Notes: generated from the sequence alone by a model not told the origin. Shown: positions 16,571 to 25,301, numbered from the stretch's first letter. The stretch: DNA of 32,000 bases from Escherichia coli (GCF_028201635.1 NZ_CP116409.1), one strand, 5' to 3'. Translations and numbers: made by a program.

Positions 16571-17423
16571 TCTTGCAACCGTAACACATTTAAGGCCTTC
16601 ACAACGGCCTGTGGAGCGTCGTGTGGCAGAAGTTGAAGATGGTTACACCCGTCTTGCAAATGCCCTGTATGAAGAGCTTATCGGCGCAGATTTAAGGCAA
16701 AATCAGCGACAGGCTGCCCATGCCATATGCCGGAAAACATACGGCTACGGCAAAAAGATGGATCGCATCTCTGATAGTCAGTTAGCTCAAATTACCAGGC
16801 TGCCAAGACAGAAGGTAAACAAGGCCAAGAATGAGCTTATCGCGATGAAGGTTATCCTTCGCGAAGGCCAGCAAATCGGGCCTAACAAGAACATCGAGGA
16901 ATGGCAAATCGAAGGGTGTCACTACTCTGGTGATAATGTCACTGCATTGGTGACAAAAAGTGTCACCAAAACGGTGACAGCGCTGTCACCAAAACAGGGA
17001 CACACAAAAGAAACTATTACAAAAGAAAAAAGAAATAATAAAAACACTATGTCCGAAAGTGTTCGGACGGAGTGTGAAAAATCACCTGACCGTCACGAAG
17101 AAACCGACAAGGCATTCGAGGAAATATTCTGGTGTGCAGGCATGCGGAAGGCCGGGAAGAAAAACGCAGCTTCGGCATTCAGAACACAGTTCAGGGAATG
17201 GCGTAAAACTACCAGGGGTACGGCAAGCGAGTTTGCCACGATGCTGGCAGAAGACATCGCATGCAGGAATGGTAAGCAGTTCGGATTCGACAGGTTGTTA
17301 CCATCGAGCTACCTGAACGGTCAGCGCTGGAACGACGAGAAGCCAGAAACTATTCAACCACAATCCAAACCATCATCCGCAATCACCGTATCGAAAACTG
17401 GCTACGTGTTTTTCGACAGGTGA
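16563..17423 (+). CDS. Replication protein with lambda O-like N-terminal domain
   Basis: 286-aa ORF: GYTRLANALYEELIGADLRQNQRQAAHAICRKTYGYGKKMDRISDSQLAQITRLPRQKVNKAKNEL. Confidence 0.88.
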   Translation: MSNLATVTHLRPSQRPVERRVAEVEDGYTRLANALYEELIGADLRQNQRQAAHAICRKTYGYGKKMDRISDSQLAQITRLPRQKVNKAKNELIAMKVILREGQQIGPNKNIEEWQIEGCHYSGDNVTALVTKSVTKTVTALSPKQGHTKETITKEKRNNKNTMSESVRTECEKSPDRHEETDKAFEEIFWCAGMRKAGKKNAASAFRTQFREWRKTTRGTASEFATMLAEDIACRNGKQFGFDRLLPSSYLNGQRWNDEKPETIQPQSKPSSAITVSKTGYVFFDR

Positions 17424-17425
17424 AC

Positions 17426-17533
17426 CATGAAATCAAAAATCAAATCGCTACTGGTCGCTGGTTATAACCACGGCTGGTTAAGTATTTCGTTTGTCGATTT
17501 CTGGTTTAAAAATCTCAATCTGAGGGAATCATG
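17426..17533 (+). CDS. Small hypothetical phage protein (35 aa)
   Basis: Manual translation gives MKSKIKSLLVAGYNHGWLSISFVDFWFKNLNLRES*. Its TGA overlaps the ATG of the next gene. Confidence 0.4.
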
Positions 17534-19415
17534 ACGCCAAGTGAACTCAGTGACCTGCTTTGGGCGCAGGTTGACAGGGTGGCTCCGCACCTGTTGCCAA
17601 ACGGCAAGAAAGAGGGGCATGAGTGGGTTGCCGGTAACGTCAACGGTGACAAGGGAAACAGCCTTAAGGTCAACCTTAGCGGCAAGAAAAAATGGGGCTG
17701 ATTTCGCTGAGGGAGACGGCGGTGACATGCTTGATTTGTGGATGGCATGTCGTGGAATTAACCTGCATCAGGCTATGCAGGAAGCGAAAGCCTTTCTCGG
17801 AATCAAGGATGACGATCACCATTTCGATGCCAAACGTGAGAAGAAATTCTCCAGACCTGACCGCAAGAAAATCGCCCGCTACGTTACCAGAACAGAATCC
17901 CATCTTGAGTACCTGCAATCGCGTGGCATATCGCCAGAAGTCGTAAAGCGCTACGAGGTCGTCAGCGGCAAGGTGTGGAATGGAGAACGAGAACTTGATG
18001 CACTGGTGCTTCCGTACAAACGCGATGGTGAGTTGTTGCAGGTCAAGCGAATCAGCACTGAGCGACCGGACGGGGAAGAAAGTCATTATGGCAGAAGGTG
18101 ATTGCGAACCTTGTCTGTTTGGATGGCAGGCTCTGGACGCTGGCGTGAGGGCGGTTGTACTTTGCGAAGGCGAAATTGATTGTATGAGCTATGCGCAATA
18201 TGGCATCTCGGCGTTATCCGTGCCGTTTGGTGGCGGGAAAAGGCGCTAAACAGCAGTGGATTGAGTTTGAGTATCACAACCTCGACAGGTTTGAGGAAAT
18301 ATTCATCTCGATGGACGTTGATGATGTTGGTCGTGAAGCCGCAAGGGAAATCGCAAGCCGACTCGGTGAACATCGTTGCCGTCTTGTTACTCTGCCGTAC
18401 AAAGACATCAACGAATGCCTGATGAACGGTGTTACCGAGGATGAAATCTGGCAGTACATCGGCACGGCATCATCCTTTGATTCCTGAAGAACTCTACAGC
18501 GCGCGAGAGTTTTACCAGGACACTATCAACGCTTTCTACGGCAAGCAGCAGTATCTGTTTAATCCACCGTGGGAATCTCTGGCAGATAAATTCCAGTTCC
18601 GTGAGGCAGAGTTGACGCTGGTCAATGGTGTGAACGGTCACGGAAAAACGGAGGTTGTCGGGCATATGGCACTTGAGGCAATGCGTCAGGGTGTGAAGAC
18701 GTGCATCGCGTCACTTGAGCTGAAGCCAGGCATTCTCCTTAAGCGACTTACCCGTCAGGCGACGTGCTGCAAGATGCCGCCAGTGCTGGAAATTGACTCT
18801 GCATTTAAATTTTATGACGAAAGACTTTGGGTGTTTGGCCTGACCGGAACGGCGAAAGCCGACAGGCTGATCGAAATATTCGACTACGCTCGCCGCCGAT
18901 ACGGGATCCAGTTATTCATCATCGACAGCCTGATGAAATGTGGCATAGGCGACGATGACTATAACGGGCAGAAGGCGTTTGTTGACTCGATTTGCGACTT
19001 CAAAAACAGAACAAATTCCCACGTCATTCTCGTTACTCACTCGCGAAAAGGAGACAGCGAAGAAAAACCAACCGGGAAAATGGACGTAAAAGGCTCTGGA
19101 GCGATAACAGACCTGACAGACAACCTTTTCATCATCTGGCGTAACAAGGCTCGCGAGAGAGCGTTACAGAGAGTTCAGAGTGGTGAAAAGATGTCAGAGA
19201 AGGACGAACAGCTACTGGCATCTCCGGCATCTGTTTTGATGCTTGAAAAACAACGTAACGGCGAAGGTTGGGAAGGTGGTGTCCCGTTGTTCCTTGACGA
19301 GCAATCGCACCAGTTCCTGCAACTTGAATCAGGATCGCCATATAGCTACATCGCCAATATGCCGAAATCGGAATATGACGAGGCGTGGCGACAGGAAAAC
19401 GTGACGGAGTATTAA
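17531..19415 (+). pseudogene. Bifunctional primase-helicase (TOPRIM + DnaB-like ATPase, T7 gp4-like) with four frameshifts
   Basis: Fragments in successive frames: MTPSELSDLLWAQVDRV...KKKW / ADFAEGDGGDMLDLW... / KKVIMAEGDCEPCLFGW...LCEGEIDCMSYAQYG...FGGG / KGAKQQWIEFEYHN...SMDVDDVGREAARE / PEELYSAREFYQD...VNGHGKTEVVGHM...ENVTEY*. Confidence 0.88.
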
Positions 19416-19499
19416 ATGACCATCTACATCAGTGAGCTTGTAACAGGCCTGCTGGTAATCGCAGGCCTTTTTATTTGGGGGAGAGTAAATCGTGGCTGA
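19416..19499 (+). CDS. Tiny hydrophobic nin-region peptide (27 aa)
   Basis: MTIYISELVTGLLVIAGLFIWGRVNRG*; its ATG overlaps the stop of the previous gene. Confidence 0.45.
   Translation: MTIYISELVTGLLVIAGLFIWGRVNRG
19445..19476 (+). terminator. Rho-independent terminator within the 27-aa ORF (possible tR2-type nin-region terminator)
   Basis: AGGCCTGC TGGTAATC GCAGGCCT TTTTATTT: a perfect 8-bp stem followed by a T tract. Confidence 0.75.
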
Positions 19500-19532
19500 G
19501 TTAATTTTCTCTGCATTGAGGATTCTGGTGCT

Positions 19533-19697
19533 ATGTGGATGGTGTCGACGTTCATTGTGGTTGTCGGAAGTTTTGTCCGGTTGGTAGGCGAAGGTAAAGA
19601 CCTGGTGGGTGTGCTTTTCGGTAGCATTTTCCTGTGGGTGATTATCGGTGTTATGCCTGTTGTCGTTGCAAAAGTGGCGTGGCGTTTTGTGAGTTGA
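19533..19697 (+). CDS. Small two-TM phage membrane protein (54 aa)
   Basis: MWMVSTFIVVVGSFVRLVGEGKDLVGVLFGSIFLWVIIGVMPVVVAKVAWRVFVS*. Confidence 0.5.
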   Translation: MWMVSTFIVVVGSFVRLVGEGKDLVGVLFGSIFLWVIIGVMPVVVAKVAWRFVS

Positions 19698-19714
19698 ACT
19701 GAGGGTAAGTACCG

Positions 19715-20071
19715 ATGGACGAATCAAGAAAGAAGTTTGAGGAATACGTTGCCAAAAAATTGAGATTACCATTCGAGATGATAACCGAGGCAAGAAATGG
19801 TGATAGGTACTTCGCATTTTCAAGCATGGATATTCGTCACTCCTTAAATGAGTGGTGGACTTTATGGCAGGCATCGCGAGCAGCTATTGAACTGGATATC
19901 GACTGGCCAGAATCGAATGACGACTTTTGGAAAGATGGTGAAGAAGGTGCTTATGCGATGGGTTATGAGGATGGGCGTGACAAAACGGTAATTGCAGTAA
20001 TGAAAGCTATCAGAGCCGCTGGAATTAAAGAGAAGAATTTCGATGAAGCAAACAATATTCCTCCGAACTAA
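19715..20071 (+). CDS. Hypothetical phage protein (118 aa)
   Basis: MDESRKKFEEYVAKKLRLPFEMITEARNGDRYF...; operon-consistent, overlaps ninB. Confidence 0.65.
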   Translation: MDESRKKFEEYVAKKLRLPFEMITEARNGDRYFAFSSMDIRHSLNEWWTLWQASRAAIELDIDWPESNDDFWKDGEEGAYAMGYEDGRDKTVIAVMKAIRAAGIKEKNFDEANNIPPN

Positions 20072-20453
20072 GCAACAACAGCAAGCCGCAATCAACGCCA
20101 TCCTCGCAACACCACTCGATAAAGACAAGCCAGTCACCATCCGCATTACTGACTACAAGCGCAACCTTGACCAGAACGCAAAATTTCACGCGATGCTGGC
20201 GGATATCGCTCGTCAGGTTCAATGGTGCGATAAATGGCTAAAACCAGAACAATGGAAGGTTTTGTTGATCAGCGGTCATGCAGTGGCAACAAAACAGGAA
20301 GCTGATGTTTTGCCCGGGCTTGAAGGCGAATACGTCAACATTCGCGAAAGTAGCGCGCAGATGAGTGTGAAGCGTATGGCAAGTCTGATTGAGTACACGA
20401 CAGCATGGGCTATTGGTCAGGGTGTCAGATTTACCGACAGGAGGTACGAATGA
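20043..20453 (+). CDS. ninB: Recombination protein NinB
   Basis: 136-aa ORF MKQTIFLRTKQQQQAAINAI...VTIRITDYKRNLDQNAKFHAMLADIARQVQW...WKVLLISGHAVAT. Confidence 0.9.
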   Translation: MKQTIFLRTKQQQQAAINAILATPLDKDKPVTIRITDYKRNLDQNAKFHAMLADIARQVQWCDKWLKPEQWKVLLISGHAVATKQEADVLPGLEGEYVNIRESSAQMSVKRMASLIEYTTAWAIGQGVRFTDRRYE

Positions 20454-20630
20454 CGACAGCGACGAAGTATCACCGACATCATCTGCGAAAACTGCAAATA
20501 CCTTCCAACGAAACGCTCCAGAAATAAACGCAAGCCAATCCCGAAAGAATCTGACGTAAAAACCTTCAATTACACGGCTCACCTGTGGGATATCCGGTGG
20601 CTTAGAGAACGTGCGAGGAAAACAAGGTGA
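20454..20630 (+). CDS. ninE: NinE-like reading frame with no ordinary start codon (approximate extent)
   Basis: This frame encodes ...[54 protein letters not shown]. Confidence 0.55.
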   Translation, partial: RQRRSITDIICENCKYLPTKRSRNKRKPIPKESDVKTFNYTAHLWDIRWLRERARKTR

Positions 20631-20797
20631 TTGACCCAAATCGAAGTTACGAACAAGAAAGCGTCGAGCGAGCTTTAACGTGCGCTAACTGCGGTCAGAA
20701 GCTGCATGTGCTTGAAGTTCACGTGTGCTCCGATTGCTGCGCAGAACTGATGAGCGATCCGAATAGCTCAATGTACGAGGAAGAAGACGATGAGTGA
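20627..20797 (+). CDS. ninF: NinF protein (56 aa), GTG start, absent from the ORF track
   Basis: (M)[55 protein letters not shown], a zinc-ribbon-like CxxC pair matching lambda NinF as recalled. Confidence 0.82.
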   Translation: MIDPNRSYEQESVERALTCANCGQKLHVLEVHVCSDCCAELMSDPNSSMYEEEDDE

Positions 20798-21059
20798 TTT
20801 CTCTGAGCTTATTTCCTTCAAAAAAGACAGAGAAGAAATGCGGACTGAATCTGTCTATTACGTTCAACACCGGAATAAACGCTCGGTGCTTGATCAGGAG
20901 CTGGTTATTACCGGAGACCTGGCATTCAGAACATATAAGGCCAGCATGGAAATGAAGGATTTCCCTAAATGTGATTCTGAAAGAGAAGCCGCGTTAAAGC
21001 TGGCAGAGTGGATGCAGAGAATGGCTGCTGCAATTGAGAATTACTGGAGCGAACCATAA
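20790..21059 (+). CDS. Hypothetical nin-region protein (89 aa)
   Basis: [46 protein letters not shown]... Confidence 0.6.
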   Translation: MSDFSELISFKKDREEMRTESVYYVQHRNKRSVLDQELVITGDLAFRTYKASMEMKDFPKCDSEREAALKLAEWMQRMAAAIENYWSEP

Positions 21060-21349
21060 TGGCTAACCTACGCAAAGAAGCACGCGGCAGAGAATGCCAG
21101 GTACGTATTTACGGCATATGCAATGGCAATCCTGAAACTACAGTTCTGGCACATTACCGGATGGCTGGAATTTGCGGAACTGGAATGAAGCCTGACGACC
21201 TGATCGGCGCATGGGCTTGTAGTGACTGCCACGCGGAGATCGACCGACGCACCCGGATTCTCGACAACAAAGACGCCAGACTTTACCACCTCGAAGGCGT
21301 GATCAGGACGCAGGCGATACTGCTGAGGGAGGGGAAGATTAAGCCATGA
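21059..21349 (+). CDS. DUF1364 family, putative HNH-like nuclease (96 aa)
   Basis: MANLRKEARGRECQVRIYGICNGNPETTVLAHYR...GAWACSDCHAEIDRR; Cys/His pattern of DUF1364. Confidence 0.85.
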   Translation: MANLRKEARGRECQVRIYGICNGNPETTVLAHYRMAGICGTGMKPDDLIGAWACSDCHAEIDRRTRILDNKDARLYHLEGVIRTQAILLREGKIKP

Positions 21350-21708
21350 ACGAATATCAGTTTGTGCTTCCATACCCGCCGTCGGTGAATACCTACTGGC
21401 GAAGACGGGGAAGCCAATACTACATCAGCGATAAAGGCCAGAAATACCGAAAAGACGTTCAGCAAATCATCCGCCAACTTAAGTTAGACATTTTCACCAA
21501 ATCACGACTCCGCATCAAAGTCATCGTAGACGTTCCGGACTCCCGCCGTCGCGACCTCGACAACATCCTGAAAGGTTTACTCGACTCCCTTATCCACGCC
21601 GGATTTGCGGAAGACGACGAGCAATTCGATGACATTCGCGTAATTCGTGGCGTGAAAGTACCAGGCGGAAGGCTTGGAATAAAAATCACCGAACTGGAGA
21701 ACGCATGA
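21346..21708 (+). CDS. rusA: RusA-family Holliday junction resolvase
   Basis: 120-aa ORF: LPYPPSVNTYWRRRGSQYYISDKGQKYRKDV...VDVPDSRRRDLDNILKGLLDSLIHAGFAEDDEQFDDI. Confidence 0.93.
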   Translation: MNEYQFVLPYPPSVNTYWRRRGSQYYISDKGQKYRKDVQQIIRQLKLDIFTKSRLRIKVIVDVPDSRRRDLDNILKGLLDSLIHAGFAEDDEQFDDIRVIRGVKVPGGRLGIKITELENA

Positions 21709-21893
21709 ACGCCACAATTCAAACGATACCAGAGCTTCTTATCCAGACACGAGGCAATCAGACCGAAGTGGCAAGGATGCTTTCCTGCGCAAGAGGAACA
21801 GTGCTCAAGTACAACCGAGACAGCAAAGGCGAGCGTCACGTAATAGTTAACGGCGTCCTGATGGTCAAACAGGGCAAAAGGGGAAGGCCATGA
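21705..21893 (+). CDS. ninH: NinH, Fis-like protein
   Basis: MNATIQTIPELLIQTRGNQTEVARMLSCARGTVLKYNRDSKGERHVIVNGVLMV. Confidence 0.88.
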   Translation: MNATIQTIPELLIQTRGNQTEVARMLSCARGTVLKYNRDSKGERHVIVNGVLMVKQGKRGRP

Positions 21894-22513
21894 GACTCGA
21901 AAGCGCAGCTAAATTTCATTCGCCAAAAAGCCCGATGATGAGCGACTCACCACGGGCTACGGCTTCTGACTCTCTTTCCGGTACTGATGTGATGGCTGCT
22001 ATGGGGATGGCGCAATCACAAGCCGGATTCGGAATGGCTGCATTCTGTGGTAAGCACGAACTCAGCCAGAACGACAAACAAAAGGCTATCAACTATCTGA
22101 TGCAATTTGCACACAAGGTATCGGGGAAATACCGTGGCGTTGCAAAGCTTGAAGGAAATACTAAGGCAAAGGTACTGCAAGTGCTCGCAACATTCGCTTA
22201 TGCGGATTATTGCCGTAGTGCCGCGACGCCGGGCGCAAGATGCAGAGATCGCCACGGTACAGGCCGTGCGGTTGATATAGCCAAAACAGAGCAGTGGGGG
22301 AGAGTTGTTGAGAAAGAGTGCGGAAGATGCAAAGGTGTCGGCTATTCAAGAATGCCAGCAAGCGCCGCATATCGCGCTGTAACGATGCTAATCCCAAACC
22401 TTACTCAACCCACCTGGTCACGCACTGTTAAGCCGCTGTATGACGCTCTGGTGGTGCAATGCCACAAAGAAGAGTCAATCGCAGACAACATTTTGAATGC
22501 GGTCACACGTTAA
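21890..22513 (+). CDS. Q: Late antiterminator Q (lambda type)
   Basis: 207-aa ORF MRLESAAKFHSPKSPMMSDSPRATASDSLSGTDVMAAMGMAQSQAGFGMAAFCGKHELSQNDKQKAI..., very close to lambda Q. Confidence 0.95.
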   Translation: MRLESAAKFHSPKSPMMSDSPRATASDSLSGTDVMAAMGMAQSQAGFGMAAFCGKHELSQNDKQKAINYLMQFAHKVSGKYRGVAKLEGNTKAKVLQVLATFAYADYCRSAATPGARCRDRHGTGRAVDIAKTEQWGRVVEKECGRCKGVGYSRMPASAAYRAVTMLIPNLTQPTWSRTVKPLYDALVVQCHKEESIADNILNAVTR

Positions 22514-22555
22514 CAGCATGATTGCCACGGATGGCAACATATTAACGGCATAATA

Positions 22556-22584
22556 TTGACTTTTTGAATAAAGTTGGGTAAATT
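22556..22584 (+). promoter_or_regulatory. Late promoter pR' (lambda type)
   Basis: TTGACT - 17 nt (TTTTGAATAAAGTTGGG) - TAAATT downstream of Q, as in lambda pR'/qut. Confidence 0.85.
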
Positions 22585-22724
22585 TGACCCAACGATGGGT
22601 TAATTCGCTCGTTGTGGTAGTGAGATGAAAAGAGGCGGCGCTTACTACCGATTCCGCCTAGTTGGTCACTTCGACGTATCGTCTGGAACTCCAACCATCG
22701 CAGGCTGAGAGGTCTGCAAAATGC

Positions 22725-22784
22725 AATCCCGAAACAGTTCGCAGGTAATAGTTAGAGCCTGCACAACGGTTTCGGGATTTTTTA
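22725..22784 (+). terminator. tR'-like terminator of the late leader RNA
   Basis: AATCCCGAAAC ... GTTTCGGGATTTTTT with an internal GCAGG/GCCTGC stem. Confidence 0.8.
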
Positions 22785-22787
22785 TTT

Positions 22788-22862
22788 GGGTCAGTCGTAT
22801 AAAGGTCATTACGGAAGGCTGTTAACCTTCTTATCGTGGTTCGAGTCCACGCTGTCCCGCCA
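22788..22862 (+). tRNA. tRNA-Asn (anticodon GTT), CCA encoded
   Basis: Cloverleaf: acceptor GGGTCAG/CTGTCCC (one T-T mismatch), anticodon arm GAAGG-CTGTTAA-CCTTC, T arm CGTGG-TTCGAGT-CCACG, CCA end. Confidence 0.88.
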
Positions 22863-22867
22863 AATAT

Positions 22868-22943
22868 GCTGGTTTAGCTCCAATGGTAGAGCGGTCGCCT
22901 TGTAAGCGAATGGGTAGCGGTTCAAGTCCGTTAACCAGCACCA
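22868..22943 (+). tRNA. tRNA-Thr (anticodon TGT), CCA encoded
   Basis: Cloverleaf: acceptor GCTGGTT/AACCAGC, D arm GCTC..GAGC, anticodon loop CTTGTAA, T arm AGCGG-TTCAAGT-CCGTT, CCA end. Confidence 0.9.
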
Positions 22944-23029
22944 TAACTGAGCCGTAGCCACTGGCTATCCTGAATTCATCAGTGATAGTTACGCTGCGGC
23001 CTTCTACACATGACCTTCGTGAAAGCGGT

Positions 23030-23059
23030 GGCAAGAGGTTGCGCTAACAACCTCCTGCC
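23030..23059. terminator. Strong hairpin GGCAAGAGGTTG / CAACCTCCTGCC, possible terminator or processing signal
   Basis: 11 of 12 paired positions with a 6-nt loop, followed by GTTTTG. Confidence 0.4.
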
Positions 23060-23184
23060 GTTTTGCCCGTGCATATCGGTCACGAACAAATCTGATTACT
23101 AAACACAGTAGCCTGGATTTGTTCTATCAGTAATCGACCTTATTCCTAATTAAATAGAGCAAATCCCCTTATTGGGGGTAAGAC

Positions 23185-23508
23185 ATGAAGATGCCAGAAA
23201 AACATGACCTGTTAGCCGCCATTCTCGCGGCAAAGGAACAAGGCATCGGGGCAATCCTTGCGTTTGCAATGGCGTACCTTCGCGGCAGATATAATGGCGG
23301 TGCGTTTACAAAAACAGTAATCGACGCAACGATGTGCGCCATTATCGCCTGGTTCATTCGTGACCTTCTCGACTTCGCCGGACTAAGTAGCAATCTCGCT
23401 TATATAACGAGCGTGTTCATCGGCTACATCGGTACTGACTCGATTGGTTCGCTTATCAAACGCTTCGCTGCTAAAAAAGCCGGAGTAGAAGATGGTGGAA
23501 ATCAATAA
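23185..23508 (+). CDS. Phage holin, lambda superfamily (P22 gp13-like)
   Basis: 107-aa [65 protein letters not shown]... Confidence 0.9.
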   Translation: MKMPEKHDLLAAILAAKEQGIGAILAFAMAYLRGRYNGGAFTKTVIDATMCAIIAWFIRDLLDFAGLSSNLAYITSVFIGYIGTDSIGSLIKRFAAKKAGVEDGGNQ

Positions 23509-23968
23509 TCAACGTAAGGCGTTCCTCGATATGCTGGCATGGTCAGAGGGAACTGATAACGGACGTCAGAAAACCAGAAATCATGGTTATGATGTCATTG
23601 TTGGCGGAGAGCTATTCACTGATTACTCCGATCACCCTCGCAAACTTGTCACGCTAAACCCCAAACTCAAATCAACAGCAGCCGGACGTTACCAGCTTCT
23701 TTCCCGTTGGTGGGATGCCTATCGTAAGCAGCTTGGCCTGAAAGACTTCTCTCCCAAAAGCCAGGACGCTGTTGCGCTGCAGCAGATTAAGGAGCGTGGC
23801 GCTTTGCCGATGATTGATCGCGGTGATATCCGTCAGGCAATTGACCGTTGCAGCAATATCTGGGCTTCACTGCCGGGCGCTGGTTATGGTCAGTTCGAGC
23901 ATAAGGCTGACAGCCTGATTGCAAAATTCAAAGAAGCTGGCGGAACGGTCAGAGAGAGTGAGGTATGA
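23492..23968 (+). CDS. Endolysin (lambda R-type transglycosylase)
   Basis: 158-aa ORF: [67 protein letters not shown]. Confidence 0.95.
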   Translation: MVEINNQRKAFLDMLAWSEGTDNGRQKTRNHGYDVIVGGELFTDYSDHPRKLVTLNPKLKSTAAGRYQLLSRWWDAYRKQLGLKDFSPKSQDAVALQQIKERGALPMIDRGDIRQAIDRCSNIWASLPGAGYGQFEHKADSLIAKFKEAGGTVRESEV

Positions 23969-24432
23969 GCAGAATAACCGCGATTATCTCCGCTCTGGTT
24001 ATCTGCATCATCGTCTGCCTGTCATGGGCTGTTAATCATTACCGTGATAACGCCATCGCCTATAAAGAGCAGCGCGATAAAAAAGTCAGTGAGCTGAAGC
24101 AGGCGGCCGCCACCATTACTGACATGCAGCGACGCCAGCGTGCTGCTGATGCACTCGATGCTAAATACACGAAGGAGTTAGCTGATGCGAAAGCTGAAAA
24201 TGATGCTCTTCGGCGCAAGCTTGATAATGGTGGCAGGGTGCTGGTCAAAGGAAAATGCCCTGTGCCATCCTCAGCCGAAACCTCCGGCGCCTCCGGCATG
24301 GGCAATGATGCCACCGTCGAACTCTCTCCAGTTGCTGGACGAAACGTTCTCGGTGTCCGGGACGGAATTATCCGCGACCAAACAGCACTGAGAACGCTTC
24401 AGGAATACATCAGGACGCAATGCCTTCGATGA
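23965..24432 (+). CDS. i-spanin Rz
   Basis: [76 protein letters not shown]... Confidence 0.92.
   Translation: MSRITAIISALVICIIVCLSWAVNHYRDNAIAYKEQRDKKVSELKQAAATITDMQRRQRAADALDAKYTKELADAKAENDALRRKLDNGGRVLVKGKCPVPSSAETSGASGMGNDATVELSPVAGRNVLGVRDGIIRDQTALRTLQEYIRTQCLR
24185..24391 (+). CDS. o-spanin Rz1 nested within Rz
   Basis: Lipobox-like LIMVAGC and proline-rich [14 protein letters not shown], out of frame inside Rz. Confidence 0.88.
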   Translation: MRKLKMMLFGASLIMVAGCWSKENALCHPQPKPPAPPAWAMMPPSNSLQLLDETFSVSGTELSATKQH

Positions 24433-24572
24433 TAGCGATAATTTTACTCATCATCCTTCACATCTGGCTCTGTAGACAGGGTGATGATCACTTCTGGAGT
24501 GAATCCAGATTAAACATCTCATTGCTGATGCTTGATATTGAGCATCTTGCGCGCAGTAAGGGGCTGCGTTGA
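24429..24572 (+). CDS. Small membrane-associated phage protein (47 aa)
   Basis: [47 protein letters not shown]; its start overlaps the Rz end. Confidence 0.5.
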   Translation: MIAIILLIILHIWLCRQGDDHFWSESRLNISLLMLDIEHLARSKGLR

Positions 24573-24606
24573 GATAAGAGCCAGTTCATTACAAATACCA
24601 GGATTT

Positions 24607-24631
24607 AGCCTCGCATTCGCGGGGCTTTTTA
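24607..24631 (+). terminator. Rho-independent terminator
   Basis: AGCCTCGC ATTC GCGGGGCT TTTTA. Confidence 0.75.
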
Positions 24632-24774
24632 TATCTGAATTTCACAGCGCATCTCACGCGCATATTAACGAGAGCCTTTCAGTAAGCGAGCCTGAGAAAT
24701 GCCGTTATAGGTGGCGACCTCTCTCGGGCGGCTTTTCTGTGAGACAGGCTCACTTTCTAAAAGGTAAAGACGCT

Positions 24775-25299
24775 ATGAATAATCATTCAGTTATTCCAGC
24801 CTTCGACTTCCGAGAAATGGTGCAAGCCAAAAACGGAGAGGTCGTTACCACATCCAGAAAAATTGCCAAGTACTTCGGCAAGCGACACGGTGATGTTCTC
24901 AGGAAAATCGAGCAGGTTAAGGCTGATTGCTCGCGTGAGTTTAGCCAACGCAATTTTGCGTCGGCTGATTATATCGATGAGCAGGGCAAGGTTCGCCCGA
25001 TGTACAGCCTGACGAAAGATGGCTGGATCATGGTTGTGATGGGGTTCACCGGGAAAGCTGCTGCGGCAATCAAGGAGAGCTATATCGCAGCATTCAACTG
25101 GATGGCAGAGCAACTCAGCCGCCGCATGGCAATTGGCGAAGAAATGCAGCACCGCTACGCCATCAAAGAAACACGCTCAAAGCTGAAAGGTACGATCGGC
25201 AGTCGGTTAATGAACGAACGGAAGAAAGAGAAGCGTGTCCTGGCTGTCGAGCATGAATACATCTTGCAGGTGACACAGCCTGAACTGCTGATTAATTGA
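24775..25299 (+). CDS. Rha-family regulatory protein
   Basis: The internal start MNNHSVIPAFDFREMVQAKNGEVVTTSRKIAKYFGKRHGDVLRKIEQV... is preferred over the track start at 24532. Confidence 0.88.
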   Translation: MNNHSVIPAFDFREMVQAKNGEVVTTSRKIAKYFGKRHGDVLRKIEQVKADCSREFSQRNFASADYIDEQGKVRPMYSLTKDGWIMVVMGFTGKAAAAIKESYIAAFNWMAEQLSRRMAIGEEMQHRYAIKETRSKLKGTIGSRLMNERKKEKRVLAVEHEYILQVTQPELLIN

Positions 25300-25301
25300 A
25301 G

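Noticed and set aside
17541-18487. Track ORFs 17541..18101, 17980..18249 and 18191..18487 as separate genes
   Set aside because: Their informative parts join into one primase-helicase; their N- or C-terminal extensions are out-of-frame noise.
24532-24774. N-terminal extension of the Rha ORF
   Set aside because: It covers a terminator and structured leader; the Rha domain begins at the ATG at 24775.
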